Shown one piece after another: positions 52,201 to 64,000 of a stretch of DNA of 64,000 nucleotides. The stretch is taken from positions 26,536,001 through 26,600,000 of the forward strand of contig CM022670.1 of the NCBI GenBank assembly GCA_012295275.1. Reading direction: 5' to 3'. The DNA comes from Chrysomallon squamiferum (Eukaryota > Animalia > Mollusca). The number at the start of each line of letters is the position of its first letter. The stretch's first letter is position 1. Both the position numbers and the translations under genes were made by a program. The notes beneath the pieces were generated by a model. The model was given only the letters and a program-made list of their open reading frames with translations. It made no database searches and was not told the origin of the DNA.

Positions 52201-55200
52201 AACCAGAATGGGAATTTGATCCTTCTCCCTACAACTGTTATGTGTTTTTTATTTAGAGTAGACTATAAAGTGATAAATTTTCTAACTTTTCTTTAAATAT
52301 CTTTTTTTTATTATTATTCTTTAATCTTTTTTCAATTGTCATACACTTTATCGAATATATGCTTGAATATTATTCATGCTATATTTCTCAATCTGCATAC
52401 CCTTTACTGAACATATGCTTGAATAAAGTATTTACTATCTTTTACCTTGTAAGTTGAAACTGTATTTAAGTTTAATACTGTTCTTGCTTTTCTTAGAACT
52501 GTGCTGTTTGTTCCACCTGTATGTGCTTCTCTTTCTACGTCTTTTTCCAAGAACCAATGACACCTTGTTAAAATCTAGTAAAAAATATTAATGTGTGCTT
52601 GTTTAAGAACATCTCAGCACAATTTACATGAAGCTATATTGAGTGTGATGTTCTATAAAATTTTCAAAAAAACACTTACATATTCACAAATACACACACA
52701 TTTACACACATTAATATATACATGAGAAATAAAACCTTTAGATCCCAAAATAAAAATCTTTTGTGATCAATATCATCAAAAATATTTTCATAGACAGGAA
52801 AACACATACCATGGTATTTCCATGAAATAAAGAAAGAAATATGCACCACACATCACATTATATCTGTTGTATCATAAATATTCACAAGAATGTGACTGAA
52901 ATCTGCATTTGAAAAAAATTAACATTTACCATTATTTTCTTCACATGTTGATTCAATTTCCTCAACGCCACAAATGACATTCTCCTCACAAAGGTCAGAT
53001 ACCTAAAAAATATATATATATTACTTTTTATTATTATTATTATTATCATAAATAATTTACTATTTGAATTTCCGCAAAGATATAATAAATATTTATAACC
53101 TAAAAACAGAATAAAAAAATTTTAAAATTCACTTTCTGCAAAATTAGATGACAAATAATAGATGAGATGATTCAGTGCATTAACTGAAATAAATATTTCA
53201 AAATGATATCATACGTTTCATTTTCCTTGTCTAAAACTGTTTCTTGTACTTCTGTAAAAGCTTTGCTATATTAAAATATTACCAACCCGGTCAGAAACTT
53301 TCTTTTCAAATTTTTTGTCAATCTTTTTCAACAAACTGCGTTCACGACATGACAGCTTGCCAGTGAAAGTCAGTGTAGCTGGTTGTATCAAATGGTTGGA
53401 AATGTTACGCACTAAAGAAACAACAATGGTAGCAAATATAAACACTCTAATAGTTTTACACAACTAAAAAACAGCTAAATACATGTATTATAGTCAGAAA
53501 AAAAAAATCAACATATTATTTCATAAATATAAAATAAATCTTTTAATACTTCTGAAAAATTGCATATATTATTTGCAGTTTATTTTAAGTAAATGAAGAA
53601 AAAAAATGTTACTTTATTTGATTGTTTACCTTTAAAAAATGAACATTAAAATCAGCAACATAATCCTGAATTTACTTTTTCTTATCAACTATAAAAATGC
53701 TATGTTATTGCATTCTCAGATAAGAAATATGTAAAACATTAAAGAAAAAAAATGTTGATACCAGAACAATCAGGAAATGGCATTTTCTCCTTGGGTTTCC
53801 ATACATTATCATCTTCACAGGTATATTCTGGGGCTGGAGGGATAGCAAAGTCATAGTCTGGTAGGCAAGACAAAACACAGACAAGAGAATCACCTCTCTC
53901 AAAACAAGTCCTGTTACCATTAGCTGGAGGTGGTGGTATCTCACATGGGTGAGCTGTATGTGTATCAAGTAAGACAGTTAGTATCCTTTTATTACATACA
54001 AATGTGTGTATTTAAATTCACATTCCAACATTTAAACATATTAATATATATAAACTTACAAAAACAACATTCTCATTTTATCTTCGATGAACTAGACATC
54101 AAATGAAACAGTGATGCTTTAGCATAAAAAGTACTTATATAAAATACTACACGATAACAATATAATACAAATATTTAGTATGACAGCGTGTGTAAATTGC
54201 GATTGTACCAACATGTTAAGATGCAATTCACCTACGTATGACACGGATGTCTAGTGTGCAGGTGTTGTTGTTGCCACTCGTGTCATAGGCTGTGTACGTC
54301 ACTTCAGTCAGTCCCTTGGGAAACAAACCAGGCTGGTGAGATGATTCGATTTTCAGTTCGTCATCAGAATTGTCAGAAAACAGAGGCTCCTCCCAGGTGA
54401 CAATGGCATGCTCGTCAGGAGAGACAACAGGTGATGGGGACACACAGCGATCAATTCTGGGAGGAGTCTGATCTGCAGGTGAAGTTGTAGTTGGTTTAAT
54501 ATTAGCAAATATTTCACTAAAAAAATTAACTACTATGCATATTATACATACAAACTGTAAAACATTAAGTGATTTTTTGTTTTTTTTCATCTTCCTTGTG
54601 AGGAATAAAGCAAATTACATCGACTGTATGCACCCTTCCACAGAATTATAAAGTTTCTGATTAGAAAAAAACAAAAACAAATTTCAGTAAACATTCATGG
54701 AGAAAATGTACATACTTAGATATTTTAAAGACTTTATTAAAAGTCTGACATTCCTAGACAATACAGTTCTTGGTTACAGAAGACCACTTGTTATAAAATT
54801 TTGTCATTTTTTTTTTTTTTTTTTCTCATGTTTAAATCAAAAATAAAATTCTAAAACACTAAAAACAGAATTACCATTTTATACATAGTATTTATTATGC
54901 TGATATAGTTAAAAGAATTTTATTTTTTAGAAACATTCTTACCTATAACTCTAACATAAAACTTGCACTTTGCTTTATTTTTACTGAAATCTTCAGAAAT
55001 GTAGATGACAGCTGTGGTTCCGATGGGAAACTTGGCTGGAGGTGTAATAGCAGGCACAGCAGTCAGTGTTGGTAAAAGGGCAGAGTTGTCTACAGAAACA
55101 GGAACTTGCCAAGTCACCTCAGTCTCACTATCATCCTCATCAGCAGTTATCAGAATGTCTTTAGGGCATTGTAAGAATGGTGGTGATTCATCTTAATATA

Positions 55201-58200
55201 TTGTAGAATAAAAAGAAAATGAAAACAGTGTATATTTTCAAATTTAGAAGATATTGATAGTTTTAAAATATAATTGGATAAATTTCTAGAAACATTTACA
55301 AAATACTGGTCATGGATTTAAAATACCAAAGAAAGTAATAAAATTGCTTTTATTTGAAAATATACCAATAAGTGATTTGATTTTATAGGTTCTTTTTAAA
55401 ATATTTTATCTATTAAATGTCATTACAGCTTAGTTTCATGATCATTAACATTTCAGAATCAGGCATCTTTGCTTCTAGCACACATTAAAACAAATAATGA
55501 AAAAATATATTAACAAAACTCATAAAGCAAATAAATAAATAAACAAACAAAATTAACAAGTTCCTTTGTTGAAAGTCAAATATTTTAAAAAACAAAAAAA
55601 CTTTCAATGTTAAATTTGAATAAAAAAACTTGTAACCTACAAGGAAATATAAAATAAAATGCACAGATAAGAAAGAAGCAATCAAAAGTAACTGCAAGAC
55701 TACCAGTTTCTACACTCACCAATACACTGATTGGATTTTCCTTCAGCTGGAACCCAGTTTCCATCAGGTGTGCACTGTTTAGTGTGTGCTCCATACAGCT
55801 CATATCCAGGATGACAACTCATCTGACAAGTTGTTCCAAAAGGAACTTCTCCTGCAGTACACACAGCTGGATGTATGCTTCCATCTTGTAATCTACCCAG
55901 AGGTTGACATGAGATTTCTGATTTAACAAATGATTTCATATTTAAATCTAGTTTATGACTATAGAAGTGAAGATTAATAAACGGAATCAGAATGCACAAA
56001 CTAAGAAATAAAAATAAAATACTTTTACGTGCAGTAAATCCCCAAAATAACTACACTACTAAAACTCTGCAGCAAAGTATTTTGTATCTTTTTCTCATCT
56101 TCATTTCACAGCAAAACTATCTCTTGATTTTATCCTAATCATTCAGAATTATTGTATAAACTTCTGTTTCTTTCACATTTCATACCCAATAGAATTGTAA
56201 ATGTCTTCATTAATTCATTTAAAACATTTTTCATTGCAAATAGACAATGTTTCTCGTCTCAGTGGGACATAATTAAACAACATTTATCCATCTCAATATA
56301 AAGATGACATTATTATGTTAATATTAGACTATGACTACCTCGACACCTGGTGGTGATGCCTGTCCAGAAAGCAATGGCCAAACAAGTCCTTTTCCTGGAG
56401 CCAACCAATTTGTAACCTGTATTGCAGGTGAAACGACAGACTGTCGAATAGGCAAAGTCATCATGGTTACAGATCATGTGACCATTCTTGGGACTTGATA
56501 ATGGAGGACAAGTTTTCACTATGGAACAAAAAGAATAGACAATTGATCAAAAACCTTATTTTCAGCTCCATCATATGCATTACTTTTTTATTTTCTCTGT
56601 GTAAACTTATTATTAAATCCAGAAAGTAAAGATTTCTCTAACTGTTATTCTTTTCTCTCTTTTACATCTTAATTATGAAATGTGTGGCAATAACATTTGT
56701 TAATTGGGAAATTTATGTTTTCAGTGTTAACGCAAAACAAACAGTTAAACTAGTATATAATTATTTACTTCTATCATATTTTAAAATTTTAACTGTCAAA
56801 ATAAATTACATATTTAGAAAATTACAATAAAAGATGTATATAATGCATTATTAAAGGTTTTTTTGTTTTGTTTTTAAATAATAAGATGTTTAAAATAATA
56901 TTTAGTCATACTAATGCACTCAGTGTCCTGTCCTGACCACGTGCCATCTTCCTGACAGATTCGAAGACTGCTGCCATGTAACTCGTAACCAGGGCGACAC
57001 CGCAGGCCACAAGCAGCATTGAAAACATTATTACACTTGTTATTTACAAAGTAACCATTCTTTGGAGCTTCCAGTGGTGGACATGTGAATACTGCAAAGT
57101 AAATTCAGAAAACAACATTCAGATTTGTACCATGTGGGTTTTATTTAATTGTAGTAATATAAACAGTCATGTTAAATAGCAAAAAAAAAAAAAAATTGTT
57201 TTAAGATATATTTAAGAACTTTCAGATGTGATGATTTTTATCAGTGTCAATGGCAAGTTTGAATAGATAAATACTGTTTTATTAGGTTCATTTTTGTACA
57301 TGGATATGTCTGTGTTTGTGTGTCTCTGTGTATTTATGTGCATATGTGTGCATTTCCAAAAAAAATGCATGAAAACATATATGTAGATGTATATTCTTAC
57401 ATTCATAAACTTAATATTGCTTTCATGTTACAATGATCTTTAGACAATGAAATAAAAAAACAGTTTACCTGAACAGTTAGTTGAATTCTGGGGACCGTAT
57501 CCTTTCTTACATGTACAAGCTTTTGGAGATGTGGTTCCTGGTTTGCTTACTTGGTTCGCATCAGGACATGGTGAGCAGGCTTCAATATTGCCTGGACCTG
57601 TAAAATCTTTGTACGTTCCTGCAGGACATGCTGAAATGATATTCATTACTTCTGGTTATTTTCAGTGTTGGAGATAATGTACATTTATACATGTTGATAA
57701 AGTTTTTAATTTCTTTTATTATCACTCAAGGTTAAAGAAACTGAAAATCTTAATTTGTTAAATGTCTTATACTTGTTGGATACTTTTGAGTGATTAATTA
57801 CCTCTGTATATTCTTTTCACGATTTTCAGTTCTGTCAATTGGTTATCAATTTAAAATTTAAAAAAAAAAAATGATTATTAATTTATAAAAGAAATTTCTT
57901 CATAATATTATTTGGCTTTTTAATCACAATTACCTTTGCAGCCATTTTCTCCTAAACCATCACCATAGTAACCAGGTCCACAAAGACATTCATACTTTCC
58001 AGTGTGGGTGCCACAAGAACATGTTGCACGGGCATGACAACAGTTGCCATCATCACAAATACTGTCACATCGGCTACGCTTTTGCATAACATATATTCCA
58101 GAATGTAAATCTATTTAAGCAGAAATAATAATTATAATGATAATGATAATAATAACTTTGAATATCATGTTGCAGCTTTACTTTTATTTAAAATATATTT

Positions 58201-58272
58201 CCAAATAACTGGCTTTGGATATAAAAAAAAATAATTAAAAAAATTAAAAATTAATAACAATAATGATAATGA

Positions 58273-58308
<36 letters not shown>

Positions 58309-59407
58309 ATCATTGAAAAAAAACAATAGCCTCTAATCTTTACTGTATGTGCAATAACAAAAACATTTTAATTTGTAAAAAAAAAAAAAAAATTATAATA
58401 ATAATAAATTAATTAGTTAATTAATTAATCAAATAAAACCTGTTGATTATTTTAATGGAAATCAGTTACAGTAACAAGTAAATTCTAAAACAGATAGCTT
58501 AATGAGGTTAATTAATTAATATATTCCGCTTTAAAAACAGTGTTAAGCAGAGTTACGTCTGCAAATGTGATGGGTGACTTATCTGAATCGTCTTTGATTA
58601 CGGTGTTCGCACAAAGCAGTTAATTTAGAAGAGGAATTTAAGTTTGTGTGGCGGCAACCCGTGAAATGTATGACTGATTAGCAACTGAACTTTACTAACA
58701 ACAAATAAATACCTTCGTGGAGGGCTCGTCTGGCCAGAGCCTCGAATTCCTCAAAGCTTTCCAAAATATAGCAAGTTTCATTCCTGGGTTCGGATGCCAT
58801 GTCGTACAATTCTCTGAAATTTCCATTTCGTATGCCAAATGTAAAAATAGTGACGCCTGATTCTCTAAGCCCACGAGCTTCCGGTCTGGGGTCACCGCCA
58901 TTGGAAAATCCATCTGTTATAAGAAAAATGGCTTTGGTGGCATCAGGTCTTGCGGATCGTAGAACTGCCTATAAATAAATAAATGAATTATAAAAAATGT
59001 TGTGTACAATATATATATAACAGTGAAATATTTTAGTGGTCTATTGTTGTTTAGAGCAAGGCCTGACAAAGTATCACCCTTTTGACCTTACATATTTTAC
59101 CAGTATTTTAGTTTATTTTACCTATTTAAGGTTTATTGTGAACAGCCGATTTAACTTACCATGGTATTTGAGTGTATTTTCCTTCTTCCTTTCTAGTTTA
59201 TATATATATATTTTATAATATATGCAATCCCACTGTTAGGCTCCTGTGAAATTTTTCAAGATTCAACAATTGATAGACAACTTGATATTAAATCAAATTA
59301 AATTTATTTCTAATTGTTTTTTGTTTTTTTTTTTTTTTTTTTAATTATTATTATTACTATTTTTTATTTATTTATTTATTTAGTCGTAGTAGTAGTATAA
59401 ATAGTAA

Positions 59408-59441
<34 letters not shown>

Positions 59442-61470
59442 TGTTGTTGTTGTTGTTGTTCTTGTTGTTGTTATTTCTTATAATTTGTCGTTCCTTGGAT
59501 TATATATCATATGAACATACTGACACCATTTTTCTAGATATGTTATGTAAAATGATCTGCCCATTTACCAACAAAAGAACATGATCCTTAAGTTCTACAT
59601 AGTATATGGTCAACATTTTAAACGTAATATTAATTTTTATTATTAATTATTCTTGATGATGTCTAAATTAGACTTCTGTTTTTATAAATTTGGTTTATTC
59701 CCAAACTTTTTGTTGATGATGTTGTTGTTGTTGTTTGTTTTGTTTTCAGTTGAATATTCAAAGTAAGTAGTTAGAAACGAATTGATACATACATACATAC
59801 ATACATACATACATACATACATACGTACAATACGTCAGTATAATTTGATATCAGTGACAAACTATCATATGTCTTTGACGAAAAACCCTGTTTAAATATC
59901 CTACTCTAATCGATCTTTTATATCTTCCAACAGAGATGAATGCACGTATAACAGCCTTTGATAAACCGAACACAATATTTCATAACAATATTTTAAACCA
60001 ATGAACTAAAAGCTGGTTAACAAATTTATATGTAAAAAAAATAATAAAAAAAATATATATATATATATATAAAGAAGAGAGAGAAAAAAGATAATTAATC
60101 GAGTGAATTGTAATATAAATCTTTTTCTAAATTAAAATATTTTGTCATTATGGTAAAGTTTTATCTGAAGAAAGTAATATAGAAAATATTATATCTTGAA
60201 ACGATGTTATTGGGTTTCCTTTCTCAAACCATTATTATATAAAAATTAAAATGGCTGACGACTCTTAACTGTAATAAAAACGAGCTTAGATGATTTTAAA
60301 TAAAAAGTAATAAAAAATAAAAAAATTATTTATTTATTTAAATTGGACGAAAACAAGTGTTTTCGGTGTGCATTAGACTTAGGGCTAGGTTTATCCACAA
60401 CAAACATGCTTGAACTATTTTAATGGAAGCATGTTAACAGTTGCCGACTCAACACCGCATACAATAGATCAGCATCTGTTTCGTGTTGAAATGAGCCATG
60501 TGTGAGGTGATTACTGATTACATCTGAAAACCACATACGCTCACATTCCTTAAATGTAAACTAACACAAACAACATGGCCGTACAACCTATAAAAAGACT
60601 TCAATCTGTCACACTGTAGACCTTTTGGTAAACATATGCGACTTTTTACCGAATTAAAAAGGCATTTGTAGAATACGCAAAGTCATGACTTGGAAAATGT
60701 ATATAGGATCATGATATAAAAAATATAAAAAAATATGCTTAAGTTCTGTGTATATTTTATACTAATTTGTATTTACGGAAGATCCTTTTAAATTAGTACT
60801 GTATTTTATATCAAAACAATTTAGAGTTGTTTGGATGTATTAAATTTTATAATTATTATTTTAGGTTTAAAAAAATGTATTTTAAAAATTAGTTTAAAGA
60901 AATATGGACCATACACAAAGATTAATATACATTTATATGTATAAAGAATCTAGCACCTATGGCTGAGCCTTTTTTTTTTTTTTTTTTATCACATACCATG
61001 TGATTTAAAAGCTTAAATGTATAGGCAGATATGGATTTTTCCTTTGTTTTGAAAATTTGTACTATTTATTTTTCTGACGGCAGTTCATTCATGGCTGTCA
61101 TTTGGGCGGACTATCCCTCTTGTGCCCTTTTAGTTTGCTTGTAAACACACATCTGGCACTAAGGTACAAAATTTGTTCCTAACTAATGATGATAAATTTC
61201 TGTTAGCAGCGAATTTGTTTATCATGCTTCAATTCCTAACAGATAAGGCACCCCTTTTCTGTGCGAAACTCTGCTTTGAAAAAAGTTATCTTTGCGACCT
61301 TTTGGTCACAGACTGCTGTTTTGTAAACTTAAGGAAAAATATTTTTAAAATTTAATATTAAACCGAAGCCTTTAGACATTTACAATTCCATCATATTAAA
61401 GACTCGGTTTTTTAACATTCGAGTTATTATATATATTTATTTATATTTTTATTTTGTGTGTGTATGTGTG

Positions 61471-61501
<31 letters not shown>

Positions 61502-62085
61502 TGTGTGTGTGGACACTTGCGAGTACGTCTCTCTGTGTGTATGTGTCTGCCCGTCTGTCTGTCTGTCACTCAATATACTGCAAACGAATTTCTTACTTTT
61601 GCCTCAAGAAATGCACCCAGCGTGTAAGTTCCACCTCCTATATAACGTATCTTTGGCAGTTCTTCATGTAACAAGCCACATTTATGCTTTTCCTCACTCG
61701 GATGGCTGATATGGTCGACGTAACGGATAACCTTTCCCCTTGAAGAAAAGGTGATGACAGAAACCCTGGTGGTGTTAACGTCCACTGTGAAATCAGCAAG
61801 AAGTTTTCTGACGAATCTTACTTCATCAAAGAAATGCTCTGATCCCACACTGGATGAACTGTCTACCAGAAACACCAGCTCGATCTGCTTGTTTTCAGTC
61901 GCTCTGAGACGTTGTACGTGTCTCTTAAGCATAGCACCCAGAGTTTCTACTTTTGTTTTGAAATCCGCGCTTAATGGTCGGAACAACGAATTGTAGTATC
62001 CGACGAACGGACTGAAAGAATGAACGCAAACTCCAAACAGAAAAAATGTGCAAAGGAAAGAAACAAATTTAACACAACACAACAT
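30551..62085 (-). CDS. SVEP1: Sushi, von Willebrand factor A, EGF and pentraxin domain protein (polydom), 35 coding exons, ~4130 codons; three frameshifts in exon 28 as assembled
   Basis: Domain order: signal peptide [23 protein letters not shown]; vWA with MIDAS (DSSSS...[17 protein letters not shown]); ephrin-receptor-like Cys repeat; 3 CCP; 2 HYR; CCP; KRRRKR linker; 3 Cys-rich repeats; 6 EGF; pentraxin; CCP array; 3 EGF. Exons: 61597-62085, 58713-58968, 57934-58110, 57469-57630, 56912-57091, 56339-56518, 55720-55917, 54943-55191, 54236-54472, 53762-53953, 53287-53411, 52930-53002, 52446-52574, 51790-52014, 51398-51559, 50787-50948, 50453-50614, 49963-50118, 49424-49537, 48672-48785, 48028-48229, 47376-47533, 46529-46724, 45959-46131, 44939-45178, 42689-42856, 41990-42163, 35235-41543, 34656-34844, 33845-34024, 33245-33424, 32612-32791, 31826-31921, 31191-31286, 30551-30657. 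Confidence 0.93.
31087..31170. repeat. (ATC)n/(ATT)n compound microsatellite
   Basis: Direct read; gives the poly-Met run in the ORF track. Confidence 0.95.
34360..34442 (+). mobile_element. Degenerate SINE core fragment, MetaSINE (Meta domain)-like
   Basis: TATAAAAGACTGCTTGCTGCTAATCATTATCAGTAGCCCATGGAGTAGCAGCAGG resembles, from memory, the Meta-domain core TATAAAAGATCCCTTGCTGCTAATCGAAAAGAGTAGCCCATG..GGCAGCGGG. Confidence 0.55.
35235..41543 (-). CDS. SVEP1: SVEP1 giant exon 28 (6309 nt) encoding 36 tandem sushi/CCP domains
   Basis: Continuous C..P...NG...Y.C..GY.L.G...C...G.W...P.C repeats run across four ORF-track frames (41263-41574, 40728-41162, 39938-40663, 35188-40011) with no intronic sequence between them. 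Acceptor TTTACAG at 41544 and donor C|GTAAGT at 35234. Confidence 0.9.
42345..42605. repeat. Long degenerate (GTA)n tract
   Basis: Period-3 AGT/AGC/AAT repeats over ~260 bp in SVEP1 intron 26. Confidence 0.85.
44557..44862. repeat. Degenerate ~28-bp minisatellite (~10 units) in SVEP1 intron 25
   Basis: Units start AAGC with consensus ~AAGCAAATGGTCAACAGATTCTGGTTAC at 28-29-bp spacing. Confidence 0.75.
44939..46724 (-). CDS. SVEP1: SVEP1 pentraxin domain (three exons)
   Basis: [58 protein letters not shown]. Confidence 0.9.
47930..48050 (-). repeat. ~34-bp tandem repeat of the SVEP1 exon-21/donor junction (3-4 copies)
   Basis: CTTGATCAGGAAGAAGGTTTCAG|GTATGTAATAT, then CTTAATCATAAAGAAGGTTTCAG|GTATGTAATGT, CTTGATCAGAAGAAGATTTCAGATTTAATAT and CTTGATAAGGAGGAAGG. 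Confidence 0.8.
59385..59470. repeat. (TAG)n-(TTG)n compound microsatellite
   Basis: Direct read. (TACA)n follows at ~59785-59824 and (TAAA)n occurs at ~58275-58310. Confidence 0.9.
61597..62085 (-). CDS. SVEP1: SVEP1 first coding exon: signal peptide plus N-half of vWA domain
   Basis: ATG at 62085, hydrophobic leader, [19 protein letters not shown] motif, [10 protein letters not shown], donor AAA|GTAAGA. Confidence 0.9.
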
Positions 62086-63591
62086 TGTGGAAAACTCGGA
62101 TTTTATGAAACCATCTGTAATACATCCAGTCGAACAAAGCAACAAAATGTTTTTAACCAAAATTTCTTCTGCGTGGTCTGCCGTGAAAAGCCTTTAGCTT
62201 ATTTAGGCCAATCTCTGGCAGGCAATGTCATCAACACCACATTTTCCTCATCACATCCCAAGACTTCTGATAACGCTGGATTGGTAACATAAGATCAGAT
62301 GACAGCTTCAAATGTCCATGTATTTGTGCAGGAAACTAGATCCGTTTTCTCACCGTATAATATTCAGCGTGGAACCAATCAGACTATGTTAAATTATATA
62401 AACAGGTTAAATACAAACACATAGATACTGTTTCTTATAAACATTCATACTGCTGGGTAAATGCTGAAAACAAATACTGGTTTTATCTGCTGTATTCATT
62501 ATTCCCTAATCAGTTTATTAATGGTTTAAATTATGTGATGTAAATAAAAGTTACAACATCAAAGCAAGTGTGAAAACACTACACATGTATTCATTTAGGA
62601 TAACGTTGTCTTTGGAAAACATTATTTTTTAAATTGCTTTAAAATAATAAATGTATGACGTTAATTAGTTAACATATATGTTTGCACATTTTAAAAATAA
62701 ATAAAATGAAAGAATATGTATTTTAACCACTTAACAGAATGACGAATTGAACACTTTATGGCACTGTCATTAGAACAAAACATTTCAAGAAAATGTACTT
62801 ATAAATAATAAAAAATCGAGTGGAAGAAAACTCATATAGATTCTCCTGAAAACATTTTAAAATCTTCACGGTTTTCATTAATTTAGTAAGTATGACTCAA
62901 ACCTTATTTTTTTTCTCAACATATTATTATCTATTATTAATAACAAAGGCAAATATTTATTTCTAATTTTTTTGGTGAATGCAGCAACACATTTATTATT
63001 TCATTAATCTTCGCACATCATCGTTTTATTATCCTTTTTTTAAAGGTCATTTCAGTGCAAAGTATATCGATGAATTGTATCAGATAGAATATACAAATGG
63101 CCTAAATATATTTGGTGCATTACAAAGTTACTGTTTTAATAATTGTCATTGACCAGGATTTACTAATAACAGCACATGACTGAAAAATATAAAGCTATAA
63201 TAAAAACAACAGAAAAAACAAAAGGCACAACATACTCAGTCTTATAGGCATTTTTATTTATATTTCTTTTCTTATTGTTCTTTTTTTTTCTTTCTTATTT
63301 TAAACAAAAATGTTCACGCATATGACACATGATTTAAAGTTTACTGCCATATTTTATAATTATTAAAATCAAGTAATAAAAAACAAAGCTTTTCAGATGT
63401 GGAAAGATAAATTGTTTGTATCATTTGTCCTTTTTGCACCCTCAGTTATTAGTTGACCTGCCTTTTTTCTCCATAGGACTTTCAACGTTTTTTAGCATGC
63501 GTTTGTTTTCACTCTGTGTTTGCTACACTGGATGCACTGTATTTAAATAACACCAGATGAACGTGGCACTGGTTTTGTGACTGTTATAGCA

Positions 63592-63687
63592 TCATGGAGG
63601 TTTATTTTGCTGACTCAGTGCATTCTGGGATATCAAATGTTGGTGAATTTTTTCAGCAGCCTGCACTTGTTCGTTACTACAGTAATC
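63592..63687 (-). CDS. Probable terminal coding exon of an upstream gene extending beyond the window
   Basis: A strong acceptor (TTCTATTTTATTTGTTTTAG) is followed by a GC-richer open frame DYCSNEQVQAAEKIHQHLISQNALSQQNKPP* and UTR-like sequence. The frame is not independently confirmed. Confidence 0.4.
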   Translation of the reverse strand, partial: DYCSNEQVQAAEKIHQHLISQNALSQQNKPP

Positions 63688-64000
63688 CTAAAACAAATAA
63701 AATAGAATAAAATTATATAAAACAACAATAATCATATTTTAATGAAAAAGAAAATCATACTAAGTAATAGCAATTTTAACATAATATTCAGCATCCAAAG
63801 TTGTATGATATTTATTCTATAGTTGCATAAACATTATTGTTAAAAATAAAACAAAAAAGTATTATTTTAAAATTCTGTCTTGAATATTCTTGTTACGAAA
63901 AAAAATCTTAATATATTTTCAAGCAATATGCTTCAGAAACACATAAATTATGCACACCTGAATGAAAACACTGGCTAAATTTGACAGCCGTTTGTTCTGA

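Noticed and set aside
60403-60435. Inverted repeat AACATGCTT/AAGCATGTT as a miRNA
   Set aside because: The stem is only ~9 bp, too short for a pre-miRNA.
2202-62085. U12-type (minor spliceosome) introns
   Set aside because: None of the inferred donors has the GTATCCT/ATATCCT consensus. GTATCT (7799) and GTATCA (53761) are only partial matches.

Overview
AT-rich, microsatellite-laden eukaryotic (metazoan) genomic DNA, most likely a mollusc or other lophotrochozoan (inference from a MetaSINE-like relic and the gene architecture). I reconstructed two complete multi-exon minus-strand genes by hand from GT/AG boundaries and translation. AQR (Aquarius/IBP160 spliceosomal helicase) has 37 coding exons, spans 2202-20765 and encodes ~1392 aa. 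SVEP1/polydom has 35 coding exons, spans 30551-62085 and encodes ~4130 codons. Between them lie a probably single-exon orphan coiled-coil ORF (24544-25191) behind a near-perfect RFX X-box, and three tandemly duplicated tRNA-Leu(CAG) genes. A probable terminal exon of a further gene sits at ~63.6 kb. The most notable points: SVEP1 has a 6309-nt exon encoding 36 sushi domains (~46 in total), broken by three clustered frameshifts (assembly error is the most likely cause). SVEP1 also has a GC-AG intron, a tandemly duplicated splice donor, an RGD-bearing duplicated exon and a degenerate 28-bp intronic minisatellite. I found no prokaryote-type system and cannot claim a wholly new biological system.
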